A stretch of DNA of 64,000 bases from the NCBI GenBank assembly GCA_963714015.1, contig OY970223.1, forward strand, positions 2,912,001-2,976,000. Reading direction: 5' to 3'. The position numbers were made by a program, and so were the translations under genes. The DNA is from Vulcanimicrobiota bacterium (GTDB taxonomy: Bacteria; Vulcanimicrobiota; Vulcanimicrobiia; Vulcanimicrobiales; Vulcanimicrobiaceae). This document shows positions 40,861 to 50,622 of this stretch, in pieces; the stretch's first letter is position 1; every line of letters starts with the position of its first letter. The notes below the pieces were generated by a model that was not told the origin of the DNA, did not search any database, and saw only the letters and a program-made list of their open reading frames with translations.

Positions 40861-41042
40861 CGAATGGGGTTAGATCAAGGCCACACCCGAACAGAAAGCC
40901 GGAGTGGGCATAGACTTTCCCGTTCACCATCCCTAACGCGATCAGTTATTTTGACGAGCGGTTCAAAAAGAACACGGAAAGCGGCCAGCCTCGAAGCCTG
41001 CCCTAGCCTAAAGGCTGGACGATTGGTGACGATCCGATGATT

Positions 41043-41072
41043 GAAGTTCAGTCCTTCTAGCGCGCACCATTT
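41043..41072 (+). repeat. Diverged duplicate of tRNA-Val(GAC) 3' end (att-like site)
   Basis: 27/30 identical to 39354-39383; followed by terminator-like hairpin near 41105-41128. Confidence 0.8.
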
Positions 41073-41507
41073 CCGGACTACGCTGTTGCCAAACATTTCA
41101 CGAAGCCCGAGGAATCGCGGGCGTTTTTATTTTCACGCATGAATGAGGCCGGCGAACGTTTTCCTTTCAGGGCGTCCGCATCAGTGCCGGCCGATTTCCA
41201 ATCCGTGCGCCTCATTACGTCAGGGCGCTTGTAACTCCGGTTATGTCGGTGGTGGAATGGCTCGTCCTGCCGGAGACATTCGTGCTAAGCCCACGCAGAG
41301 GCGCCAACTGCGCGTCATGGCGAATCGCGATCCAGAATGAATGAGTCGGTCTTATCCGACCACTGGCAGTAGTCGAACCAGGACCCAGCACTGACTGCGG
41401 TAGGAGATCGCGTCCGGCAGTTCCTGAACGACTAACGCCCGGGTTCAGCGCGGGAGTTGAAACATCAGTGATGATAGTACCGTATTTAGGTTTATGAAGT
41501 CGAGGGC

Positions 41508-42233
41508 ATGTTGACCCCCTCGCCGCAGGTCTACGCGCGGCTGGGAGGAGCGCTCTATCTTGTGATATTCGCGCTAGGTTTTACCGCTTTTGCATTTCCC
41601 AACTTTAGCACCGATCCGCACGCGGCTCAGGTGGTTATCGCTTCGCAGAGCCGGCTGCGCGTTTATGAGGCGCTTGAGCTCGTGTACTTCTCGGTCGACA
41701 TTCCTCTTGCGCTCATTTTTTATGTGCTGCTGCGGCCGGTGGACGATAATGTCGCGCTCCTGGCTGCGTTTTTTCGTATAGCTAATGCATTTTTAGGATC
41801 CGTCAGCGTCCTCGGCCGGCTTGTAGTTTTGACGATCTACGGCAACGCGGCGCTCTTGGCCTCACTTACGCCCCAGCAGACTCGCGCAATGTCGATAGTG
41901 TGGTTGTCGTGGCACTCCGATGCTCAACAGATTGGGATCGGATTTTTCGGCGTACATTGCATCCTGTTGGGTGTGCTCATCTACCGTTCGGCATACCTGC
42001 CGAAGTTTCTCGGAGTGCTTCTTCCAATCGCGGGCGTACTCTACGTTGTAAATGCTCTTACCGCCATCGCCGCACCGGCCGCCGCAGATCACTTACTGCT
42101 GCTTGTCTTTCCGATAGGTTTCGTTTCCGAAGCTTCGCTCTGCGTTTGGTTGCTCATCAAGGGTGTGGACTCACGCGGATATCGTTATCGGGTTGAAACG
42201 CGAGCACAGTCCGCCATGGGAATAGCGCCATGA
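41508..42233 (+). CDS. DUF4386-like membrane protein
   Basis: ARLGGALYL, LLRPV, FFGVH, RSAYLPKFLG, WLLIKG. Confidence 0.8.
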   Translation: MLTPSPQVYARLGGALYLVIFALGFTAFAFPNFSTDPHAAQVVIASQSRLRVYEALELVYFSVDIPLALIFYVLLRPVDDNVALLAAFFRIANAFLGSVSVLGRLVVLTIYGNAALLASLTPQQTRAMSIVWLSWHSDAQQIGIGFFGVHCILLGVLIYRSAYLPKFLGVLLPIAGVLYVVNALTAIAAPAAADHLLLLVFPIGFVSEASLCVWLLIKGVDSRGYRYRVETRAQSAMGIAP

Positions 42234-43057
42234 AAATCGCTTCCTCCATTGTTGCCGCGATGGTAATACTGAGTTTATCCGGCGTGCCGACGCCGATTCA
42301 TGCTGCGTCAATAATGGTCCCGCCCTCATCGCTGCCCCCGCCGGCAGTCTCGGGATACGCGCCAATTAACGGAGTGAAGATTTATTACGCCGAGTGGGGG
42401 CGCGGCGCGCCAGTCATCCTTGGCGAAAACGCTTTGGGAAGTACCATTGCTTGGGGCTACCTGGTGCCTGTGCTCGCGAAGCACTATCGCGTAATCGCGT
42501 TCGATACGCGTTGTCAGGGCCGCAGCACCTGCTCCTCGCAGAGCCCGACGTACCAATTGATGGCTTCCGATCTCGATGCGTTGATGCACTACCTCCATCT
42601 TCGGCATGCCGCGTTTGTCGGCTGGAGCCAGGGTGCAAACGTGGGCCTCGAAATGGCCATTCGTTATCCGGGGCGGTTGACGCGCATCTTCTCCTTTGGC
42701 GCGCATTCCAGTCCGGCGACTTTCAAGATGCCCATGCATTATTCAGCGACGGAAATGATAGTGGCGCGCTGGGTTCAGCTACAAAACCCCGATTGGAGGA
42801 CGCTGCTAAAGCGTTTCTCCAAGCTATCGCCGACAGAACCGAACCTGACTGCGACAGAGCTTCAGTCGATTCGAGTCAAGACTTGGATCGTCGACGGCGA
42901 TCGTGACGAGTACATCCCGCGCAGCGACGCCGACTTCATGGCGTCTCGAATCCCCGCTTCGGGCGAGCTCATACTTCCGAACACCGGCCACTACGCCGTG
43001 TGGCAGAATCCGTCGTTGTTCGACGCGTGCGTTTTGTCATTCTTGAGATCGCCATAA
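42230..43057 (+). CDS. Secreted alpha/beta hydrolase
   Basis: GWSQG nucleophile elbow, GDRD, TGH. Confidence 0.85.
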   Translation: MKIASSIVAAMVILSLSGVPTPIHAASIMVPPSSLPPPAVSGYAPINGVKIYYAEWGRGAPVILGENALGSTIAWGYLVPVLAKHYRVIAFDTRCQGRSTCSSQSPTYQLMASDLDALMHYLHLRHAAFVGWSQGANVGLEMAIRYPGRLTRIFSFGAHSSPATFKMPMHYSATEMIVARWVQLQNPDWRTLLKRFSKLSPTEPNLTATELQSIRVKTWIVDGDRDEYIPRSDADFMASRIPASGELILPNTGHYAVWQNPSLFDACVLSFLRSP

Positions 43058-43104
43058 GCCTTAGAGCGTTACAGCTTCCAAGACTTAACGCCAAAGGAGG
43101 GGTT

Positions 43105-43957
43105 TCAGGGCGTTCGCATCCGTGCCGGCGGATTCTTCAGGTCCGTGATGTCGAATCGGTACGTAGTGGGCCCGACCGGTACGTAAAAATATTTGCCGAT
43201 TAGGTAGTTCCACGATCCTTGGCCGACAGGCTGCGGCTGCCCCGAATGGAGACTGAGCATCAGGAGTGAGGTCGACCTTGGGACTCTCCGTTCCATCGCT
43301 GAGCGCAATGTAATAGACCGTGGCCGGAAGGTAGGTGTCCGCTCTTCCGTTACAGCAGAAGTCATCAAAGTATGCGCGATCGCCGATCGTGCCCAGGAAC
43401 GAATTGTCCGTCATGTCGCCGCTGCTAATCGGGCTTAGCGTCTCGGAACGCAGCAGTGCCGCCTGCATCGTAATGTGCGATCCGTCGTTATAGCCTTCCA
43501 CGACTATCGCGCGAGCGCCGGCAGCGACGATCGCATTGATTCCATACATGCCGACAGCGCTCGAGGCGAGAAGGTTTCCGTTTGTTGAATTCAACCGCGC
43601 AATTTGTCCGCCCACGCATCCAACGTACACATTTGAACCGATGACCGCAGCCGCGTCGGCTTTTTCACAGACCCTCCGATTACGCCAACGTGGCTTTCCG
43701 GTCGATTTATCGATCGCTATGACTCCGCCGGCGTTCCCACTTAAAATTGCGGTGTCGGGCGCAATCGTCAATACGTATCCGCCGAACCCGGGCCACTTCG
43801 TGTTCGGGAAGAGCGGTGCGCCGCGCGGCGGCGGGCTAGGCGCAATGGGAAGCACCGTGCCGACGGCGCGCTGAGGACTTGCGGAAGTGCCGGCGGTTTT
43901 GGCGCACGCGGTAAGCAGTAATGCCGCGAACCCAAGCAGCCGAGCTGCGCGGGTCAT
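43105..43957 (-). CDS. Lipoprotein with PQQ/BamB-like beta-propeller repeats; +1 frameshift near 43259
   Basis: Lipobox LTAC; IAIDKSTGKPRW, ARLNSTNGNLL. Confidence 0.65.
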
Positions 43958-44031
43958 GGCTCCCCCCGTTTTCTCTAGCGACTTCCCGAGCCTGCCCGAA
44001 CACTCTCTGCCTTACGTTTTTTCGGCGCCCA

Positions 44032-45321
44032 CTACGGTTGCGGCTGCGAGGAAAACATAAACTTGTAGATCGCGGCGATTCGCTTGCAATCACGTACGGC
44101 GGGCGAATACGTGGCCTGCCTGGCAAGCGACAGGGCGACGCGATCCAGCGTCGCGTTTCCGCTCGATGCAGCGACCCTAGTACTCCGCACGCCGCCCGAT
44201 GGCAGAACCAAGACGTTAACGACCACGCGACCTCCCGGCAGAGGCCCCTGTTTCGGTACGGGCGCCTGAACGACTTGGACTTCGTGATTGCATTTCATGT
44301 TTCGGCTCGACGGTGTCAAAGCGGCCGGCGACGATCGGCCCACGGCCGAAGCCGGCGCGAATGCGAATGCCGGCGCAAACGACTGCAGAAAAAGAGCAAT
44401 CGACAGCAGCGCTGCAAATGCGGCGACTATCGCGTAGCGTGAAAGTCCAGTCGATCGATTCATGTGAGCGTCCTCCAGGCGTTCAATACGCCAGACGATG
44501 GGATGCATAAAACCATTTGCGCCGCAAGCGACGAGGTCGCCGTCTTGAGCGCCGCGCACCGCGAGCGAAGCCAAGCTTCGAACGTACGAGTCGGCATCTT
44601 GCGCGTTCGAAACCGCCAAATCGTCGCATGCGGCCTCCCGCTCCCGCCTAAGCGCGCGCAGCGTTAATATAATTGCTGGGTTGAAAAACATTATTGCATA
44701 TACAAGGCGCTCGAGGACGTGCGTCCAGGCATCTCGGCGCTCCACGTGAGCCATCTCGTGCAAAACGGCACACTGCAGTTCGCCGGCGCCTTCATCCACG
44801 ATCTTTTTTGGAATGACGATCGACGGTGTGATGAAGCCTGCCGCAAACGGCGTGCGAATGGTGGTGCACGCAAACAGTGCGACGCCCCGCTGCCGGTCGA
44901 ATTGAGTGCATCCGCGCAAGACCCGTCTCATGCGAATATATCCCAAGCAGACGCGTCCGAGCAGAATCATGACGCCCGCGAGCCAGATCAGGTTCAGCGA
45001 TACGACAATCGAATCACTCAGCTTTATATCGATGATGCGAAAAAGCACCGTCCCCGATGGTCCGGAGGTCGCGGAAGGTACCGGCACCGGTACGCTGCCC
45101 GCCCCCTGGACAATTACCGACGAACCGACGACCGAAAGTGTCGTGGCAACGGGCGTCAGAACCATCGCGATGACCGTCACCTGCAAGACGGCGTGCCGCG
45201 TCGTTGCGTTGAGGCGGCTGCCGGCGAGCCGGAGTATTATGGCTACGCTTATCCCGATCAGCGCATCCTGCCATAAAGAGGCTAATAGTATGTTTAACAC
45301 GGTGCGCTCCGCAAGGATCAT
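44032..45321 (-). CDS. BlaR1/M56 metallopeptidase sensor fused to TonB C-terminal domain
   Basis: HEMAH, FFNP, EREAACD, WRIERL; C-terminal GRVVVNVLV...SSGNATLDRVA...YSPA. Confidence 0.85.
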   Translation of the reverse strand: MILAERTVLNILLASLWQDALIGISVAIILRLAGSRLNATTRHAVLQVTVIAMVLTPVATTLSVVGSSVIVQGAGSVPVPVPSATSGPSGTVLFRIIDIKLSDSIVVSLNLIWLAGVMILLGRVCLGYIRMRRVLRGCTQFDRQRGVALFACTTIRTPFAAGFITPSIVIPKKIVDEGAGELQCAVLHEMAHVERRDAWTHVLERLVYAIMFFNPAIILTLRALRREREAACDDLAVSNAQDADSYVRSLASLAVRGAQDGDLVACGANGFMHPIVWRIERLEDAHMNRSTGLSRYAIVAAFAALLSIALFLQSFAPAFAFAPASAVGRSSPAALTPSSRNMKCNHEVQVVQAPVPKQGPLPGGRVVVNVLVLPSGGVRSTRVAASSGNATLDRVALSLARQATYSPAVRDCKRIAAIYKFMFSSQPQP

Positions 45322-45710
45322 TTTGAGGGCCTCTTCTGCTCGAGAACCCGCAACAATCGCGCTCGGTCCTTATTCGACAACCGCCGGTCTTCCAAGAGGG
45401 TGAGAGCGAGAACTCCAGGAGAATTGCCAAAGAAGCGATCGAGCAGCGTGTCCAGCAAAGACGTCGCAGCGTCCTCGCGCTTGACTTTGGGCGAATAGAT
45501 GAAAGCTCGCCCGATCTTACGATGAGCAACGTATTCCTTCTCTTCCAATGTACGCAGCGTCGAAAGGACCGTGGTGTACGCAAGCGGCGGAGACGAAAGC
45601 GCGGCAACGACCTCTGCGACGGTTGCCTCGGCGTTATCCCAAAGGACGTTCATCAACCTTAGCTCGTGCTCCGTAAGCGTTACGGATCGCTTGCGCGGCA
45701 TCAGCGGCAT
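45318..45710 (-). CDS. BlaI/MecI/CopY family repressor
   Basis: ELRLMNVLW, LAYTTV, LEEKEYV, GRAFIY, LLDRFFGNS. Confidence 0.92.
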   Translation of the reverse strand: MPLMPRKRSVTLTEHELRLMNVLWDNAEATVAEVVAALSSPPLAYTTVLSTLRTLEEKEYVAHRKIGRAFIYSPKVKREDAATSLLDTLLDRFFGNSPGVLALTLLEDRRLSNKDRARLLRVLEQKRPSK

Positions 45711-45723
45711 TCTCCGTGTTTTC

Positions 45724-45776
45724 TAATTACTAGTATTCTAGTAATTAACTATACGCCGAAAGTACCTGAGTGTCAA
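45724..45776 (-). promoter_or_regulatory. Promoter and palindromic operator of the blaI-like operon
   Basis: TTGACA(45776-71)-17 nt-TATAGT(45753-48); perfect IR TAATTACTAG-N4-CTAGTAATTA at 45724-45747. Confidence 0.85.
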
Positions 45777-46069
45777 TGCACGAGAAATCCCCACAAAAGG
45801 CAAGAACGAGCGCAACGAAACGACTAAAGCTGCGCCCGCTCTTGTTTCACCGGGAACCTTCCTTTAGTGTAGCGCTCGCAGCGCAAGGCGCAAGTAACTT
45901 TGCGTAGTGCTTTTCTGCTAGCATTCAGCCAGGTCTCGCGTGCCGGTAACGGCCGCGGCGGGCGAGCGCACGACCTATACGTTTGGATAGGCAATTCGTA
46001 CCTTGTCACTCTGGGTCTCACGGCGCAAAATTATACAATTGCCGTTTGCTTTGAAGCGGGGTTCTTTTG

Positions 46070-47614
46070 ATGCGCTCACAATTGCCGTCACGTCTCGCGT
46101 TGGTCGCCGCCTTCTCCGTTCTGACATCCGCTTGCAGCCATTCCGGCGGCACACTGCCGACGCAGGCGCAATCAGCGCAGGGCGCTACGTCGCGCAGCGT
46201 CATGACGTACACCCCGCCCAAACCACCGTTTCCGGCCCAGCCTGCTACCGCGGAGCAACGGCTCGAGGCTGCCAAAGCAGGGTGGGTTCCGGTTACGAAG
46301 ACCGCTCCATTCACGGCGGGCACTGCGCTGCTGCTGACGGACGGCAGCATCTTCATCAGCAACAACGAGGCCGACTGGTACCGGCTCATCCCCGACAGTA
46401 AGGGCAATTACGTCGACGGTACGTGGAAGGCCGCTGCAACGCTGCCCAGCGGCTATGGACCGCTCTATTTCGCTTCCGCAGTTCTTCCCGACGGTAAGGT
46501 CATCATCAACGGCGGCGAGTACAACTTCGGTAATCAAAGCGAAACCAATTTGGGTGCAATGTACGACCCCGTCCAGGACAAGTGGACGTCCGTTTCCGCG
46601 CCCAGCGGATGGACTCGAATCGGAGACGCGTCGAGCGTCGTCCTTCCCGACGGCACGTATATGCTCGGCAACTGCTGCAGTTCGAATCAAGCCTGGCTCG
46701 ACGAAAAAACCATGAAGTGGACGATCGTCGGTACCGGAAAGCAGGATCAAAATTCGGAAGAGGGCTGGACGCTTCTGCCCGACGGCAAAGTGCTCACCGC
46801 CGACGTCTTTGACGCGCCCAACTCCGAGCTCTTCACGCCCGCCGCAAAGTCGTGGGCAACCGCTGGAAACCTGACGCAAGATCTGCAGCAGGGGGATGAA
46901 ATGGGTCCGCAAGTGCTGCGTCAAGATCATACGCTGTTCATTGCGGGCGCCGTTTCAGCGAGCAACTTCTACAATCTCTCGACCAAGAAGTGGACGCAAG
47001 GTCCCAATTTCCCGAGCGGCCTTGATTCGGCCGACGGGCCGGCGGCGTTGATGCCGAACGGCAACGTCCTGCTCCCGCTCAGCCCCGGCGTCTATCATGC
47101 CGGCGTCAAATGGTTCGTCTTAAAAGGCTCGACGCTCGCTTCGATTGGCGGAACGCCGCATGACGGCACGAATTCCAGCTACGACCTTCGCCTGCTGGTT
47201 CTTCCGACCGGCCAGATACTGGAGACTGACGGAAGCAACGACGTCGAAGTGTACACGCCCGGCGGGACGCCCAATAGTGCTATCGCGCCGAAGATATCTT
47301 CCGTTTCCGCAACGCTCACGCACGGCCAAACGTACGCAATCTCAGGCGTCCGTTTCAACGGCGTCTCCCAAACGAACGTCTACGGCGACGACGCGCAGAT
47401 GGCCGGCAATTATCCGCTGGTGCAGATCGTCAACACGGCCACAGGCGACGTCAGTTACGCGCGTTCGCACGACTTCAGCTCGATGGCCGTCGGTTCAAAT
47501 GGTACCGTTACCGCAAAATTCGACGTTCCGGCCGGCATCGAAACCGGCGCCAGTCAAGCGATCGTCGTCGTGAACGGAATCAGTTCGGCACCGGTGCCGG
47601 TAACCGTGCAGTAG
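46070..47614 (+). CDS. Kelch-repeat beta-propeller lipoprotein with C-terminal Ig-like domain
   Basis: Lipobox-like TSAC; repeated (V/L)LPDG(K/T)V and YDP..W motifs. Confidence 0.8.
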   Translation: MRSQLPSRLALVAAFSVLTSACSHSGGTLPTQAQSAQGATSRSVMTYTPPKPPFPAQPATAEQRLEAAKAGWVPVTKTAPFTAGTALLLTDGSIFISNNEADWYRLIPDSKGNYVDGTWKAAATLPSGYGPLYFASAVLPDGKVIINGGEYNFGNQSETNLGAMYDPVQDKWTSVSAPSGWTRIGDASSVVLPDGTYMLGNCCSSNQAWLDEKTMKWTIVGTGKQDQNSEEGWTLLPDGKVLTADVFDAPNSELFTPAAKSWATAGNLTQDLQQGDEMGPQVLRQDHTLFIAGAVSASNFYNLSTKKWTQGPNFPSGLDSADGPAALMPNGNVLLPLSPGVYHAGVKWFVLKGSTLASIGGTPHDGTNSSYDLRLLVLPTGQILETDGSNDVEVYTPGGTPNSAIAPKISSVSATLTHGQTYAISGVRFNGVSQTNVYGDDAQMAGNYPLVQIVNTATGDVSYARSHDFSSMAVGSNGTVTAKFDVPAGIETGASQAIVVVNGISSAPVPVTVQ

Positions 47615-47625
47615 CGCACGCGCAT

Positions 47626-49042
47626 TTAACAGTACTGCCCGTTGCACCCGGGATGCAGCGCGGCAGGATTTACGCTCAGTCTGGGTGGACCAGAATTGCA
47701 AATTCGAGTCCATCTGATGATACTTCGCAAAGTACTGCGCGGAAGCGGCTAGACGCGCGTTGCCTTGTTGCTGCGCAAGGGTGGCCGCCTTGTATGCATA
47801 ATCCGTCGCGCGCTGCATCTCGTCCATGTTTCCGTTACCAAGCGCGTCCTTGCCCATCACGATGGCGTCGATGTAGTATGCCGGTGCGTAATTCGGATCT
47901 TGCGTGATTGCCTTTTCCGCTTCCAAGCGCGCCGCTTGAAGGTTCGGAATCGGCTCCGTGGCCTCGGCTATTGCCGCCTTCGTGTATTCCGGGCCGCCGG
48001 CCCAGTTGGGATCGGCTTGCGCAGCCTTCTCGTAAAGCGTGACGGCAGCGTTGGGATCGTGCCGTTTTTCCGCGTCCGCCGCCTGCATATCGATCGTGTA
48101 TGCAAGCAGTCTTCCGGCATACGACGGGTCCATCTTCTGCACTTCCGCAGTAATTTTTTGAACCATCGAATTGTCGCCCGACGTTTGCGCGATCGCAAGC
48201 AGCTCTTCATCGATGTTGGCCACCGTGCGTTCATCAGCGGGCGGACTCGCCGTCTGTGCGAGCTGCAGCGCTTCTTGGAGCGAGGCTACAGCCGCCATAT
48301 CATCTTTGTTTGCGTGCTGCGCTACGCCCAGCGCATAGTAAGCGCCATAGTCGCCGTGCAAAAGTACCGCCTTTTGCGCTTCTCTCTGAGCGAGCTGCGG
48401 CTGCGTCGCGGTGATCGTGACCGCGTTGAGCGAGTATGCTTGCATCGCGACGTTTTGGTACATGTCCGGGATTGAGCCCGCTTTGTCAAAGGCAGCAATC
48501 GCGGATGGTATGTCGTGGAGAAATGCTTCGGCCACGCCTAACTGCGCCTGAACGAGCGGATCGTTCGGATTCTTCGCCAGCGCGGAAAGCGCGGCGGCCT
48601 TTGCCGCTGCGAAATCGTTCTCGTGCAGCAGTGTCGCGATTTGGCCGCCGGCACCGCTGAGCGAGCTTTCGTTGAAGACGACGTCGTAGTCGAACAGACC
48701 GCGAACCGGTTTGCCGTTCCGCGTTGCCGGCTGATACCGAGAATGCCGTGCGACGTCGAGTGCCGCGTCGTTATCATCGGGATTCGTCGAACGAACCACC
48801 CGAAGCACCTTGAACGATCCGTCGGCATTGACCTCAACCTGTACCAGTACGCGACCGGCACTCGCAGTCGATACCACGTTGCTTGCCCGGCTGATCAACC
48901 GGGGCGGTGTATAAGGCGCCTGTGCCGCCAACATGTTCTGATCCCTTCGTCCCAATCTCAGCGCCCGGAGCCGAATCGGTGTGACTCAAGGAATACGGCG
49001 TACGGCGAAGCGCCCCTAGCAAAGGGCACCGGGATCCCTCAT
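47626..49042 (-). CDS. TonB C-terminal domain + TPR protein (several indels at both ends)
   Basis: GRVLVQVEVNADG...YQPATRNGKPV then TPR helices; signal peptide reconstructable at 49042-48945; stop at 47626 after +1 correction. Confidence 0.7.
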
Positions 49043-49207
49043 CGGTGGTCAGGGTTCACGCCGGCTGGATGAAGCCGATGCCGGCGAATGCAAAACTTCA
49101 ACGCAAACGATCGCGGTAGAACTACAGCGAACGTTCCATGTCAAAGGCTTCCAGCAAGGGCGTAAGGCGCATTACTTGCCGCACGTCCATGCGGCCTACT
49201 CAGCCCT

Positions 49208-49483
49208 CTAAGCCGAACGTTCCTTGCGCTCGGAGGCCGGAACCCGACGGTCTTCCTTGATTGCCGGAGCCGCCAGCCATTCGACTTTCGATGCGATTCC
49301 CGATGCCATGCAGATCGTGCACTTGCGATCAGTCTGACGGCGCCGCGATTGGCCGCCTAAACGAAGTGAGTGCTGCACGCAGAGCGTGTGTCCGTCCGTG
49401 CAGCGATACGGTGCCTTTTGGGGGCACGGCGAACCGTTCGCTTTGGTGGCGCTGCACTGTGGTAAGTGTTCGTTTACTGCCAT
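49208..49483 (-). CDS. Small Cys/His-rich putative zinc-binding protein
   Basis: CSATKANGSPC..C..H..C..H plus CxxC. Confidence 0.6.
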   Translation of the reverse strand: MAVNEHLPQCSATKANGSPCPQKAPYRCTDGHTLCVQHSLRLGGQSRRRQTDRKCTICMASGIASKVEWLAAPAIKEDRRVPASERKERSA

Positions 49484-49581
49484 TCGTCCTGACTCGCCGT
49501 TGCAAAAGGCGCTCCTGTAAGGGGAGTGTTCGACTCAAATCACCGGGCACTTTAGAAAGACACGCCGAAGGAACGGGGGAA

Positions 49582-50622
49582 ATGGAAGACCCGACCATGT
49601 TCGATCAGCCCTCCGAAGAACAGCCCCCCGTCCATCCGACCCAGACCGCCGTCGACCAGCCGCAAACGCGCGACCAGCCGCAAGACGCCGTCGACCAGCC
49701 GCAAGACGCCGTCGTCGACCAACCGCAACCGTCTGCTGAACAGGAAAAAGCACCCGTCGTCGAGCCGCCCGCTGTGCCGGCATCCGAGCAGGCGAACGAC
49801 GAACGGCGCAAGCGCGCCGAGGAGACGTGGCGCCGCATTGCGGAAGCGCGAACGAATGGGGCCATCTTGCAAGGGCTGGTGAAGGCCCCCGTCAAGGGCG
49901 GCCTGCTCGTCGAGATCGAGGGTTATCGCGGTTTCCTTCCAGCCTCACAGGCGGGCGCGACTAAGGGAGCGCCGCTCGAAGGCCTGGTCAAGACGACGCT
50001 GCCGCTCAAGGTCATCGACGTGGACGAACAACGCAAGCGCGTCGTCGTATCGCATCGCCGCGCCATTCAAGAAGAACGGCGCACGGCGCGCACGCAGTTG
50101 CTGCAATCGCTCAAGGTCGGTGAAGAACGCGAAGCAACGGTCGTAAGGCTTGCGGATTTCGGTGCGTTCGTGGATCTCGGCGGAGTAGACGCGCTCATTC
50201 CCGCGAGCGAACTGGCCTTCGAACGCGTCGGTAAGCCATCCGACGTCGTACAGCCGGGAGACCGGCTCAAGGTTCGCGTTTTGCGCGTCGAAGAAGGCGG
50301 CAAAAAGATCGCCGTTTCACGAAAAGCGGCGCTCGCCGATCCTTGGCGAGATCACGCGTCGATTCTCAAGCAGGGCCACGTTACCGAAGGTAAAGTCGTC
50401 GCCAAGGATCCGCGGCTGCAGGTCGAGATCGCGCCCGGTGTTATCGGTACGCTCGGCGATCGCGAAGCCGATCCGAATGACTATCAAATCGGCGAGACGG
50501 TCGAAGTGGCGGTCCGTTCGGTGGATTACCGCAACCGGCGCATACGCCTCGGCACGCCGCAGTCCGCGGGCTCGTTTACTTCAACTGGTTTCGCTCCGCT
50601 GGGGATCGAGCTCAAGCGTTAG
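49582..50622 (+). CDS. S1-domain RNA-binding protein (ribosomal S1-like, about 3 S1 domains)
   Basis: KGGLLV..GFLPASQ, FGAFVDLGGVDALIP; disordered N-terminus. Confidence 0.85.
   Translation: MEDPTMFDQPSEEQPPVHPTQTAVDQPQTRDQPQDAVDQPQDAVVDQPQPSAEQEKAPVVEPPAVPASEQANDERRKRAEETWRRIAEARTNGAILQGLVKAPVKGGLLVEIEGYRGFLPASQAGATKGAPLEGLVKTTLPLKVIDVDEQRKRVVVSHRRAIQEERRTARTQLLQSLKVGEEREATVVRLADFGAFVDLGGVDALIPASELAFERVGKPSDVVQPGDRLKVRVLRVEEGGKKIAVSRKAALADPWRDHASILKQGHVTEGKVVAKDPRLQVEIAPGVIGTLGDREADPNDYQIGETVEVAVRSVDYRNRRIRLGTPQSAGSFTSTGFAPLGIELKR
49654..49728 (+). repeat. Four GACCA(G/A)CCGCAA units encoding DQPQ
   Basis: VDQPQTRDQPQDAVDQPQDAVVDQPQ. Confidence 0.8.

Larger units (their letters stand above)
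39663..40877 (+). mobile_element. IS3-family insertion sequence (IS407-group-like), 1215 bp
   Basis: Ends TGATCT...AGATCA with imperfect IRs; 4-bp target duplication AGGC (39659-62, 40878-81); orfA/orfB. Confidence 0.93.
39538..40936 (+). pseudogene. 59-aa single-pass membrane protein interrupted by IS3
   Basis: Removing the IS and one AGGC copy restores MVLFVICGLLSFAAVIGMTVSVQRRRGGYFAHPTGQDRPREATPEQKAGVGIDFPVHHP. Confidence 0.6.

Noticed and set aside
41430..41462. attC-like CTAAC...GTTGAAA
   Set aside because: Too short, boxes not complementary, no array or integron integrase
45860..45970. Possible c-di-GMP-I riboswitch (ACGCAAAG on minus strand)
   Set aside because: The other conserved aptamer elements are missing
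48945..49140. Possible riboswitch upstream of the TonB-TPR gene
   Set aside because: Better explained as an indel-riddled signal-peptide coding region; no recognised aptamer
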